Source of the DNA: an uncultured Aliarcobacter sp.
GTDB lineage: Bacteria > Campylobacterota > Campylobacteria > Campylobacterales > Arcobacteraceae
Assembly (NCBI GenBank): GCA_963677435.1
Contig: OY781945.1
Coordinates: 832,001-896,000 of the forward strand
Reading direction: 5' to 3'
DNA length: 64,000 bases
The translations under genes were made by a program, and so were the position numbers. Positions within the stretch are counted from its first letter, which is position 1; every line of letters starts with the position of its first letter. Positions 37,851 to 51,557 of this stretch are shown here, one piece after another. Under the pieces are notes generated by a model, which saw only the letters and a list, made by a program, of their open reading frames with translations, was not told the DNA's origin and did no database searches.

Positions 37851-38791
37851 GATGCTCTCCTTGGAAGTGAAAAAATTCCCATAAAAAATAGGATAAGTGC
37901 TAGAGTTAATGGATAAATAAACAACTCTTTTTCATCTTTGATTACATCTTCTTTGCTCTCTTGGGCTTTGTAATTATTGTTTATAATTTCACTTAATTGT
38001 TTTATATCATCTTGATTTAATGATTGTTTTAAATATGCTCCATTTGTATCTAAAGCTAATTTTTTAATATTTTCATTTAGTTTTACTAAAACAGCATTGT
38101 CCTTGTCATCTTTGATAATTCCACCTTTTTCAGTTCCCACATTGTAAACATAAACAGTGATATTGTGGGTTTTTGCATAAGCTATCTCATCTTGAAAATT
38201 ATCTTCATTTCCACCATCTGTAAAAAGAAGAAGAATTTTATTTTTTTCATCTTTTAATAAATCATCTGTAACTTCTAAAACTGATTTGATATTTGTACCT
38301 TTTAAATTTAGATAATCAAATCTTAGATTTTTTACCAAAAACTTCAAAGAGTTAAAATCCTCAGTCAAAGGTGAAATCAAAAAAGTTTGAGAACTAAATC
38401 CCACAAGTCCCACTCTAATATTTTTTAACTCATCTAAAAATGAGAAGAGTTTATTTTTTTCAAACTCAAATCTATTTGGATAAATATCATCTGCCATCAT
38501 TGATTTTGAAATATCCACTGCCACTAACATATCCACAAAACTTGACTTTATTTTTATCTCACCATTTTGCATTACAGGTCTTGCAAGTGCAAAAATTATA
38601 CAAACAAAAGAGAAAATCAATATAACAGCTCTTGTTTTTTTTGAGAATCTATTGTTTTTGAACTCTATTTTTTTAAATACTTCAGCTGAAAATTGTCCTA
38701 AAACAAACTCTTTTCTTTTGCTTATTAGATAAATTAGAGGAATTATCAAAAGAAGTAGATATAAAAACTCTATATTTTTAAAATAAAACAT
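37847..38791 (-). CDS. BatB-like vWA-domain protein
   Basis: ALARP, MIDAS DISKS, D..PNR, SPLT.D, TDG. Confidence 0.85.
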   Translation of the reverse strand: MFYFKNIEFLYLLLLIIPLIYLISKRKEFVLGQFSAEVFKKIEFKNNRFSKKTRAVILIFSFVCIIFALARPVMQNGEIKIKSSFVDMLVAVDISKSMMADDIYPNRFEFEKNKLFSFLDELKNIRVGLVGFSSQTFLISPLTEDFNSLKFLVKNLRFDYLNLKGTNIKSVLEVTDDLLKDEKNKILLLFTDGGNEDNFQDEIAYAKTHNITVYVYNVGTEKGGIIKDDKDNAVLVKLNENIKKLALDTNGAYLKQSLNQDDIKQLSEIINNNYKAQESKEDVIKDEKELFIYPLTLALILFFMGIFSLPRRAS

Positions 38792-38793
38792 GC

Positions 38794-39687
38794 TTACTCC
38801 TTATTTGACATATAAAAATATGCCATGAAAAATAGCATTGCTAAAGCTAAAAAGTATTGATAGAAATATGTTTTTTTCACGTATTTATCAGCTTTTATTT
38901 CACTTTTTTCTAATTTATTAATTGTTGAATATATATCTTTTAAACCTTGAATCGTATCAGCATAAAAATATTTTGCATCGGTTTGTTTAGCTATTTCTTG
39001 TAATACTGCTGGATTGAAATCTCCAGGCGTTCCAACACCAATTGTATAGACTTTTATTCCATATTTTTTAGCTGTATTTATTGCCACATCTAAAGGAATA
39101 GTATCTGTGTTGTCCATTCCATCTGTTAAAAGTATTGCAATTTTGTTTTTTGATTTACTTGTTTTAAACAGATTTGAGCTTAAAAAAAGTGCTTCATTTA
39201 AAGCTGTTCTTTGTCGTCCTGCGATTCCAACTTCAATTTTACTTAATAATCTTTTTATGCTATTTTTATCATAAGTCAAAGGAATTGCCACATAAGCAAA
39301 ATCTGCAAAAATACTTAAACCTAAACGGTCATGTTCTCTTTCATTTACGAAATCTGTCACTATATCTTTTACAATGCCAAATTTATTTGCTTCTTGCATT
39401 GAACCACTGGCATCTAAAATAAGTGATATTTCATAACCTTTATCATTTTTTATTTCAATATTATTCTCTTTTATTGGTGAACTCAAAGCTATAACTAAAG
39501 ATAAAACAGTTAAAAATTTTAGACTGTTTATTAGAAGCATTGAACTTTTTGAGGCTTTTTCTAACAAGGCAATATTAGGAAAATAAAAAGAGATACCTTT
39601 TGTTTTGCAAAATTTTAAACATATAAAAAAGAGTATTAATATTAAAAAAGCATAAGGGTATTCAAATGTATAGTTTAAAAAATTCAT
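38794..39687 (-). CDS. BatA-like vWA-domain protein
   Basis: FEYP N-terminus, MIDAS DASGS, PLTYD, LLTDG, VYTIGVG. Confidence 0.85.
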   Translation of the reverse strand: MNFLNYTFEYPYAFLILILFFICLKFCKTKGISFYFPNIALLEKASKSSMLLINSLKFLTVLSLVIALSSPIKENNIEIKNDKGYEISLILDASGSMQEANKFGIVKDIVTDFVNEREHDRLGLSIFADFAYVAIPLTYDKNSIKRLLSKIEVGIAGRQRTALNEALFLSSNLFKTSKSKNKIAILLTDGMDNTDTIPLDVAINTAKKYGIKVYTIGVGTPGDFNPAVLQEIAKQTDAKYFYADTIQGLKDIYSTINKLEKSEIKADKYVKKTYFYQYFLALAMLFFMAYFYMSNKE

Positions 39688-40061
39688 TTAATCTCCTTTA
39701 TCATGCTTTTTATTCTATTTATTTCTTCATCTGAGAGTTTTTCTATCTCTTTTTTATATTTAAATATTTCCAATTCTTTTTGTAATTTTTCAAAAGATTC
39801 TTCATTTTTTTCATCTATAAAGTATTGGAAATTTTCGCAAAAAGTATAAACTGCATCTTTTGTATCATCAAAATCTATCTTTTTTAAATTTTTCATTGCA
39901 ATTTGTTTTGATGTTAGTCTTTTTCTCTTTTTTCTTCTATTTTTAAAAAAATAGATTGCTAAGATTAAAAAAACTAGTACACCAGTAGTCATGCTTAGTA
40001 AAATCCAAAGGGAATAATCAGGAACTTCGATAATTCCTTTTATATCTTTTAATTCTTCCAC
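39684..40061 (-). CDS. Single-TM accessory protein of the MoxR/Bat operon
   Basis: LKDIK...VP + TM + basic stretch; typical position in Bat operons. Confidence 0.65.
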   Translation of the reverse strand: MEELKDIKGIIEVPDYSLWILLSMTTGVLVFLILAIYFFKNRRKKRKRLTSKQIAMKNLKKIDFDDTKDAVYTFCENFQYFIDEKNEESFEKLQKELEIFKYKKEIEKLSDEEINRIKSMIKEIK

Positions 40062-40063
40062 AT

Positions 40064-40894
40064 TTATCCTTTTATAATTTGTGATAATCGCAGGAAAATA
40101 TCATCATCTGTGTATATTTTCCCATGGGTGATTCTGTGTTTAAGAAAATGTTCTTCAAGTTGTTCATCTTGTAAATCTAAAAGTTCTTTATATTTTTTTG
40201 CAACATTTTTTGTAATATTAAATTCACTACTTTTAAGATTTGTTGCATTTACAAGTTCGTATTCACCATTTAATAAAGGGTATTCTTCTAATCTATCTCG
40301 TACTATTAATGCATAAACATCATTTGTATAAGCAATTTCGCTTAAATCCACATCTCCATAAAAATCACCAACTACAAAGATAACTGATCGCTGTTTCATT
40401 GTATTATTTACATAATCACAAAAACTTTTATAATTTACTTCTTTTTTTATACATTTAATCTGCAACGCATCTTGAATGAGTTTATACATAATTGTCTCAT
40501 CATAAGTTGGTTCATAAAATATTTCACTTTTATTACTAAAAAAAATAGGAAAAAGTAAATCATGATTATAAATAGATGAAAAACCAAGTAGGGCGATAAT
40601 CTCAGTTGCAATATCTTGTTTCATATTAACAGAACCAAACTCTAAACTTCCATTTATCAAAAAAGCCACAATAATATTTAATTGTCTACTCTCATCAAAT
40701 ACATTTACTTTTAAAGAGTTACTTTTAGCTGTTGCTTTCCAATTGATATTTTTAATATTGTCGCCATAGCTGTACTCTTTAATCTCTTTAAAATCTAAAC
40801 CTTCACCTTTTAGAGAAGTCAATTGTCCACCAAGATTTGAATTAAAAATATTTGTTTTGGCTTTTATTATTATCTCTTTTGCTTTATCATACAT
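40064..40894 (-). CDS. DUF58-family protein
   Basis: GEGLDFKEIKEY..GD..K.INWKATA motif; follows moxR. Confidence 0.9.
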   Translation of the reverse strand: MYDKAKEIIIKAKTNIFNSNLGGQLTSLKGEGLDFKEIKEYSYGDNIKNINWKATAKSNSLKVNVFDESRQLNIIVAFLINGSLEFGSVNMKQDIATEIIALLGFSSIYNHDLLFPIFFSNKSEIFYEPTYDETIMYKLIQDALQIKCIKKEVNYKSFCDYVNNTMKQRSVIFVVGDFYGDVDLSEIAYTNDVYALIVRDRLEEYPLLNGEYELVNATNLKSSEFNITKNVAKKYKELLDLQDEQLEEHFLKHRITHGKIYTDDDIFLRLSQIIKG

Positions 40895-40911
40895 TTTATT
40901 GCTCCTTTTAC

Positions 40912-41859
40912 TTAAGGAGTTTTGATTTTTTGAATAATTTTTTCAATAATATAATCAGTTGTAATTCCATTTGCTCTGGCTTTAAAGTTAAGAATTAATC
41001 TATGTCTTAATACACCTTTTAAAACATAAGAGATATCTAAAGGAGTTACATAATCTTTTCCTCTTATCAAAGCTGTTGCAAGACTTGCTTTATATAAATC
41101 AATAGAAGCTCTTGGACTTGCTCCAAACTCAATATATTCTGCAATTTCATGTAAATCATAATCTTTTGGATCTCTTGTTGCAAAAATTAGTTTTGTCATA
41201 TAGTTTTTTACAGCAGTATCAACATGAATCTCTTTTAATGACTCTTTCATTTTTATAATATCATCAACACTTGCAACTGATTCAATTTGTTCAAATCCTT
41301 TTATGGCAACTCTATTTACGATTTCAATCTCTTCATCAAAAGTGTTGTATCCAACTAATACTTTCATCATAAACCTATCAAGTTGCGCTTCTGGAAGTCT
41401 GTACGCTCCCTCTTGTTCAACTGGATTTTCCGTTGCCATTACCAAAAAAGGACTTGGAGATTTAAAAGTTGTATCTGAAATAGTGATTTGTCTCTCTTGC
41501 ATTACTTCTAAAAGTGCTGCTTGAACTTTTGCTGGTGCTCTATTTATCTCATCTGCAAGTAATAAATTTGTAAAAGCAGGTCCTTTTTTTATAGAAAATT
41601 CTCCACTTTTTGGGTTATAAATTTCAGTTCCCGTTATATCACTTGGAAGTAAATCAGGAGTGAATTGGATTCTTTTAAAATCTATTCCTAAAGCTTGAGC
41701 TAGGGCATTAATAGCAGTTGTTTTTGCAAGGCCTGGAACACCTTCCACTAAAATGTGTCCACTTGCAATAAGTCCTATAAGTAAAGAGTCAATTAATTCC
41801 TCTTGACCAACAATAACTTTTTTCATTTCATTTTTGATATTTTGTATTAGGATGTTCAT
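40912..41859 (-). CDS. moxR: MoxR-family AAA+ ATPase
   Basis: EGVPGLAKT, RIQFTPDLLPSD, LADEINR, NPVEQEG.Y.LPEAQLDRF, GASPR. Confidence 0.95.
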   Translation of the reverse strand: MNILIQNIKNEMKKVIVGQEELIDSLLIGLIASGHILVEGVPGLAKTTAINALAQALGIDFKRIQFTPDLLPSDITGTEIYNPKSGEFSIKKGPAFTNLLLADEINRAPAKVQAALLEVMQERQITISDTTFKSPSPFLVMATENPVEQEGAYRLPEAQLDRFMMKVLVGYNTFDEEIEIVNRVAIKGFEQIESVASVDDIIKMKESLKEIHVDTAVKNYMTKLIFATRDPKDYDLHEIAEYIEFGASPRASIDLYKASLATALIRGKDYVTPLDISYVLKGVLRHRLILNFKARANGITTDYIIEKIIQKIKTP

Positions 41860-42050
41860 TTAATACCTTTTTATTTGAATTATTTTTGTGTATTTAGCAG
41901 TATAATTGATGTGGGTAAATAGAGCATTAATAGTAAGATAATCAGGTATTAATAATTCATTAATACAATTATGGAAATATTTTTTATTTTAATTATTGCT
42001 TTTTTATTATAATATAAGAGACATAATAATTATTATAACAAAGGTTTGAA

Positions 42051-42350
42051 GTGAGTAATGAAATAGAAATTGAATTAGATGATGAGTTAGATTTACAAGA
42101 GCCAAAAAAATATAAAGTTTTTTTATTAAATGATGATTTCTCGACAATGGATTTTGTAATTGATGTATTAGTAAGAGTATTTAGAAAATCAGTTGATGAA
42201 GCTTCGGTTATAATGATGAATATTCACAACAAAGGAAAAGAACTTTGTGGAACTTATACATATGAAATTGCATCAACAAAAGTTGCCCAAGTTAAAACAA
42301 TGGCAAGAGAAAAAGGTTTTCCTTTAAAAGCTATAATGGAAGAAGAATAA
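42051..42350 (+). CDS. clpS: Clp protease adaptor ClpS
   Basis: YKVFLLNDDFSTMDFV...IHNKG...FPL. Confidence 0.97.
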   Translation: MSNEIEIELDDELDLQEPKKYKVFLLNDDFSTMDFVIDVLVRVFRKSVDEASVIMMNIHNKGKELCGTYTYEIASTKVAQVKTMAREKGFPLKAIMEEE

Positions 42351-42351
42351 A

Positions 42352-44571
42352 ATGATTAGCAAAGAATTAAGAAGCATTTTTACACAAGCTGTAGGATATG
42401 CAAAAAGTAGTAAACATGAGTATTTGACATTAGAACATATTTTTTTAATGTTAATTCATGACCAAACAATTGAAAATTTATTTATAGATTTAGGTGTGGA
42501 TACAAATCAATTATTTAGTGATGTAAAAAAATATATTGATGAGAATACACCAAGACTGCCAGTTAATATAATTGATGAGCCAATGGAAACTATTTCATTA
42601 ACATCAACAATAGAATATATGGTAGCCCATGTTCAAACAAGTGGAAAATCAAATGCAAATGTAGAAGATATGTTTGTAGCAATTTTAAAAGATGAAAAAT
42701 CTTATGCTACATATTTATTGAAAAAGCTAGGAATACAAAGAGTTGATATTTTAGAAGAGATTGCCCACAAAGAACCAGACGAAGATAATTTAAATGAAGA
42801 TGATAATGACATCGATAATAAAGTATTAGATAAAAATTCAACAGAGTTAGTTTCAGTTGCTAAAAAAGGTGATATTGATCCAGTTATTGGAAGAGAAACA
42901 GAGATTTCGAGGGTTATTGAAATTTTAAGTAGAAGAAAAAAAAATAATCCTATTTTAGTTGGTGAACCAGGTGTCGGTAAAACAGCAATTGCAGAAGGAT
43001 TAGCTTTAGAAATAGCACAAGAGAGAGTTCCAGAATTTTTACTAAAAGCAAAAGTATTTTCACTTGATATGGGTTCAATGATTGCTGGAACAAAATATAG
43101 AGGAGATTTTGAGAAAAAATTGAAATCTCTTTTAAAAGAAGTAGCAAAAATACCAAATGCAATTTTATTTATTGATGAAATTCACACAATTGTTGGAGCT
43201 GGAAGTGTTGGTGGAAGTGCTATGGATGCTTCAAATATTTTAAAACCAATGTTAGCAAATGGAAAATTAAGATGTATTGGAGCTACAACTTTTAGTGAAT
43301 TTAGAAATGATTTCTCAAAAGATAAAGCATTAAGTAGAAGATTTGCAAAAGTAGATGTAAATGAACCATCAATTGAAGATTCAATTACAATTTTAGAAGG
43401 TTTAAAATCAAAATACGAAGAGTATCATGGTGTAAAATATTCAAAAGGTGCAATAACAAGTGCCGTTGAATTAAGTAAGAAATATATTACAGATAGATTT
43501 TTACCAGATTGTGCAATTGATGTAATTGATGAGGTTGGAGCTTCTAAAAAAATAAGTTTAGCAAGTGAACTAAAAACAAAAACAGCAAGTAATATTACAA
43601 TCACTACAAAAGATGTAGAAAGTATTATCGCTAAGATGGCACATATCCCAGAGCGAAGTGCAACAAAATCTGATTTAACTCTATTAAAATCGTTAGAAAA
43701 AAATATGCAAAAAAGAGTTTTCGGACAAGATAATGCAATTACAACGATAGTTCAATCTATAAAAAGAAATAAAGCAGGGCTTGGACTTGATAAAAAACCA
43801 ATTGGAAGTTTCTTATTTACAGGACCAACAGGAGTTGGAAAAACAGAAGTAGCAAAAGAGTTATCATCTCAACTTGGAATTCATTTTGAAAGATTTGATA
43901 TGAGTGAATATATGGAAGCTCATACAATCTCAAGACTGATTGGAGCACCAGCTGGTTATGTTGGATTTGAACAAGGTGGACTTTTAACTGAAGCCATTAG
44001 AAAACATCCTCATACTGTGCTTTTACTTGATGAAATTGAAAAAGCACATCCTGATTTAATGTCAATTCTTTTACAAGTAATGGATAATGCAGAATTAACT
44101 GATAATAGTGGTAACAAAGCAGATTTCCAAAATGTAGTTTTAATAATGACATCAAATCTAGGAGCAACTGAAGCAAATGTAATGGGATTTGCAAAAAACG
44201 AGAAACTAAATGAAAATAAAGCAATAAATAAATTCTTTGCACCAGAGTTTAGAAATAGACTTGATGCGGTTGTTACTTTTGATTCATTAAGTATTGACAT
44301 AGTTACTAAAGTTGCAGGTAAGTTTATAGAAGATTTAGAAAAACAATTAGTAGATAAAAAGATCAAAATTGAAATAAGTGCAAAAGCCAAAAAAGAGTTA
44401 GCAACCTTAGGTTATGATAAAGCTATGGGTGCTAGACCACTTAATAGAGTAATATCAGATAAAATTAAAAATCCATTGACAGATGAAATTTTATTTGGTA
44501 AATTAAAAAAAGGTGGATTGGTAAAAATAGACTTTGAAAAAGAGTTTATTTTTGAATTTAAAGCTTTGTAA
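42352..44571 (+). CDS. clpA: ATP-dependent Clp protease ATPase ClpA
   Basis: Two AAA modules (GEPGVGKT; GPTGVGKT), no ClpB middle domain, MGF ClpP-docking loop, adjacent to clpS. Confidence 0.97.
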   Translation: MISKELRSIFTQAVGYAKSSKHEYLTLEHIFLMLIHDQTIENLFIDLGVDTNQLFSDVKKYIDENTPRLPVNIIDEPMETISLTSTIEYMVAHVQTSGKSNANVEDMFVAILKDEKSYATYLLKKLGIQRVDILEEIAHKEPDEDNLNEDDNDIDNKVLDKNSTELVSVAKKGDIDPVIGRETEISRVIEILSRRKKNNPILVGEPGVGKTAIAEGLALEIAQERVPEFLLKAKVFSLDMGSMIAGTKYRGDFEKKLKSLLKEVAKIPNAILFIDEIHTIVGAGSVGGSAMDASNILKPMLANGKLRCIGATTFSEFRNDFSKDKALSRRFAKVDVNEPSIEDSITILEGLKSKYEEYHGVKYSKGAITSAVELSKKYITDRFLPDCAIDVIDEVGASKKISLASELKTKTASNITITTKDVESIIAKMAHIPERSATKSDLTLLKSLEKNMQKRVFGQDNAITTIVQSIKRNKAGLGLDKKPIGSFLFTGPTGVGKTEVAKELSSQLGIHFERFDMSEYMEAHTISRLIGAPAGYVGFEQGGLLTEAIRKHPHTVLLLDEIEKAHPDLMSILLQVMDNAELTDNSGNKADFQNVVLIMTSNLGATEANVMGFAKNEKLNENKAINKFFAPEFRNRLDAVVTFDSLSIDIVTKVAGKFIEDLEKQLVDKKIKIEISAKAKKELATLGYDKAMGARPLNRVISDKIKNPLTDEILFGKLKKGGLVKIDFEKEFIFEFKAL

Positions 44572-44666
44572 CACAATTTTTATACAAATCTTTAGGTACA
44601 ATTCGAAAATTGTTTTTTATACAAAACAAACAAGTTATTATTTTATTTAACAAAGGAACAAAAACC

Positions 44667-45308
44667 ATGAAAAAACTTTTATTAGGTTCAGCTGTAGCAG
44701 TTGCATTATTAACAGGTTGTGGAGATGAAAAAAAAGAGTCTACTCAAACTAGTTCAGCTGTACAAGAAATTAAAAAAGATGAAGTTACACCTGTTGTAAA
44801 AGAAGAACAATCAACACCTGCTGTTCAAGATGCAACTCAAGCTGTAGAAAAAGTTTCTAATGAAGTTAAAGAAAGTACTGAAAAAGTTGTTGAAGCAGTA
44901 AAAGATGTAGCTTCTAAAGTTGAAGAATCAACTGAAAAAATAGAAGAACCAAAAGATACAACTACTACAATTACTGAAACAAAAGAAAATATTGTAATTG
45001 CACCAGAAAAAGTTGAAGGTGAAATTAAAGAAGTAACAGAAGAAACGGCTACAACTGATGTACCAGTAATTGATGCAACAACTTTATTTGCAACATGTGC
45101 ATCTTGTCATGGACAAAAAGCAGAAAAATCAGCTTTAGGGAAATCACAAGTAATCGCAGGTTGGGATAAACAAAAAATCATTGATGCATTAAATGGATAT
45201 AAAAATGGTACTTATGGTGGAGTTATGAAAAATATTATGACTGGACAAGTAAGTAATAAATCAGATGCTGAAATTGAAGCACTAGCAGATCTTATCTCAA
45301 AAATGTAA
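44667..45308 (+). CDS. Lipoprotein c-type cytochrome (c553-like) with long acidic linker
   Basis: Start at ATG 44667 after AAAGGA; lipobox LTG-C; E/T/V/K-rich linker; CASCHG and distal Met region (YGGVMKNIM). Confidence 0.85.
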   Translation: MKKLLLGSAVAVALLTGCGDEKKESTQTSSAVQEIKKDEVTPVVKEEQSTPAVQDATQAVEKVSNEVKESTEKVVEAVKDVASKVEESTEKIEEPKDTTTTITETKENIVIAPEKVEGEIKEVTEETATTDVPVIDATTLFATCASCHGQKAEKSALGKSQVIAGWDKQKIIDALNGYKNGTYGGVMKNIMTGQVSNKSDAEIEALADLISKM

Positions 45309-45310
45309 AA

Positions 45311-45335
45311 TAAAAAGTGGAAATTCCACTTTTTA
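45311..45335 (+). terminator. Intrinsic terminator after the cytochrome c gene
   Basis: TAAAAAGTGGAA-a-TTCCACTTTTTA. Confidence 0.8.
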
Positions 45336-45522
45336 GAATTAATCTTCCTATAATCATAACTATTTTAAATAAAACAGACAGTTTCTCTACAAAAAATTAA
45401 TAAAAATTCATCAATATAATAACAAAAAAACTAAAAAATAGATTTAAAACTTAGTAAAAGCTAGTAAAAAAGTAAAAAAGTAAAAAATGAACAGCAAATT
45501 TAGAAATTTAGGAGAAAAGCTC

Positions 45523-45551
45523 TTGACAAAGCCAAAAGAATCTATTATAAT
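45523..45551 (+). promoter_or_regulatory. rRNA operon sigma70 promoter
   Basis: Consensus TTGACA (45523-45528), 17 nt spacer, TATAAT (45546-45551), GC-richer discriminator and A-rich upstream region. Confidence 0.9.
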
Positions 45552-45842
45552 TCCCGTCCAATTTGACTGAAGCGCATCAAACGAGAGAATGATAGGAAGC
45601 GTTGAAATCGAAGCTGGATGATCTTTAAAAATAATTATAACGTTTGTAAAGTAATCTTTATAAACCGAATATGAGACTCTTATAAAAATCTGTTATTTAT
45701 TACAGATGTAAAATAAGAATAAATGTTAAAAATATAAAAACAAACAAGAACAATATGGTAAAACATATAACTTGTCTATACTATGAGTGATAATTTTGTA
45801 ATAGTAAAATAATACAGAATAAGTCAAGTTCAAAAACTTCAA

Positions 45843-47359
<1,517 letters not shown>

Positions 47360-47455
47360 CAGAGAATTGAGACTAGATTCGTTTCTAGTTTCAAAACTAA
47401 AAAGAAAGAGTTTTTATATTCGGTTTATAAAGATTATTTAAATAGGTAGAAAAAT

Positions 47456-47532
47456 GGGCCTATAGCTCAGCTGGCTAGAGCGCTCGACTGATAATCGTGA
47501 GGTCCCAGGTTCAAGTCCTGGTAGGCCCACCA
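47456..47532 (+). tRNA. tRNA-Ile(GAT)
   Basis: Cloverleaf, loop CT-GAT-AA, GGTTCAAGTCC, encoded CCA. Confidence 0.97.
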
Positions 47533-47599
47533 TTAAATAATCTATAAAGATTAATCATCGGGTCCTAAAAAAATGCAATTTTTTTGGGTAGATCAGTGT

Positions 47600-47675
47600 G
47601 GGGAATTAGCTCAGCTGGGAGAGCGCCTGCTTTGCACGCAGGAGGTCAGCGGTTCGATCCCGCTATTCTCCACCA
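47600..47675 (+). tRNA. tRNA-Ala(TGC)
   Basis: Cloverleaf, loop TT-TGC-AC, G3:U70, encoded CCA. Confidence 0.97.
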
Positions 47676-48022
47676 CCTATTAAAAATAAGCTAAAATTTA
47701 TAATTAGAAGAAATGATAAACAAGATTAAATATAAGTTCAAAAAGAATTGAATTTATATTTGATTTTCGAATCAAAATGATATTTAAAAATATAATGTTA
47801 AAGTCTTTAATTTTTTCGTTTAATTAAAAGAACTAAAAGAATTTATTCTAATAGAACTAATAATTAAAAACAAAAATTTTAATTATCTAGAAATAGATAG
47901 AACACAACTTTTTTATAAGATATATAGAGTTAGTTAATTAGATTTAATTAATAAAGTATGTTTAATAAGATAGTAGCCAAAGAATATTATCAAAAATGCG
48001 ACAGAATTTAATTCTGTTTATT

Positions 48023-50931
<2,909 letters not shown>

Positions 50932-51110
50932 TTAACAAATTCTTTGGTTTACTATCTTATTAAATATATTGATTATATGTTTAATATAAATGTGTGATTT
51001 TTAGAAAGAACAAAAAGACTTTAACATTATTTTTTTCTTAACTCCTAAACGAGTTGAGTGTAAAGTGTATTTACATATTTATTTATGTTTTTACTTTTTA
51101 CACTCAACTT

Positions 51111-51227
51111 TGCTGGTGGCTATAGAGAAGTGGAAATACCCAGTCCCATTCCGAACCTGGAAGTCAAGCACTTCATCGCCGATAATACTGCCGGGTCCCC
51201 TGGTGGAAACGTAGGCCGCTGCCAGCT
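51111..51227 (+). rRNA. rrf: 5S ribosomal RNA
   Basis: GCTGGTGGC...CCCATTCCGAAC...GAAGTCAAG...GCTGCCAGC; ends pair. Confidence 0.97.
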
Positions 51228-51243
51228 CTTGAGTTTTTTACAC

Positions 51244-51295
51244 AAGCTTTTAACTATTCGAACTTCTTGTTCCTCTAGTTAAAAGCTTTTTTTTT
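51244..51295 (+). terminator. rRNA operon terminator
   Basis: AAGCTTTTAACTA (51244-51256) pairs with TAGTTAAAAGCTT (51276-51288), followed by a T run. Confidence 0.8.
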
Positions 51296-51432
51296 AGCCC
51301 GCTTTTTAGCCAAAATATGTTTTACTTATTGCATTTGTATTTAGTTTCTTTTTCTGGCTATAATTGATTTACTTGGCTTTTATCCTTTTATATTAACTAT
51401 ATCTCTTAGTTAGCCAATACATTATTCTTTTT

Positions 51433-51505
51433 GCTTGCATAGCTCCAACGGTAGAGCAATTCCATGGTAAGGAAGAGGTTACAGGTTCAACTCCTGTTGT
51501 GAGCA
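51433..51505 (+). tRNA. tRNA-Thr(GGT), atypical, CCA not encoded
   Basis: Acceptor GCTTGCA/TGTGAGC, D stem GCTC/GAGC, anticodon arm ATTCC-ATGGTAA-GGAAG, T arm ACAGG-TTCAACT-CCTGT. Confidence 0.8.
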
Positions 51506-51557
51506 TTCCCTCCACTATAATTCTTGTCCTTATTCTTCCTCTTCCTTTTTAGATTAT

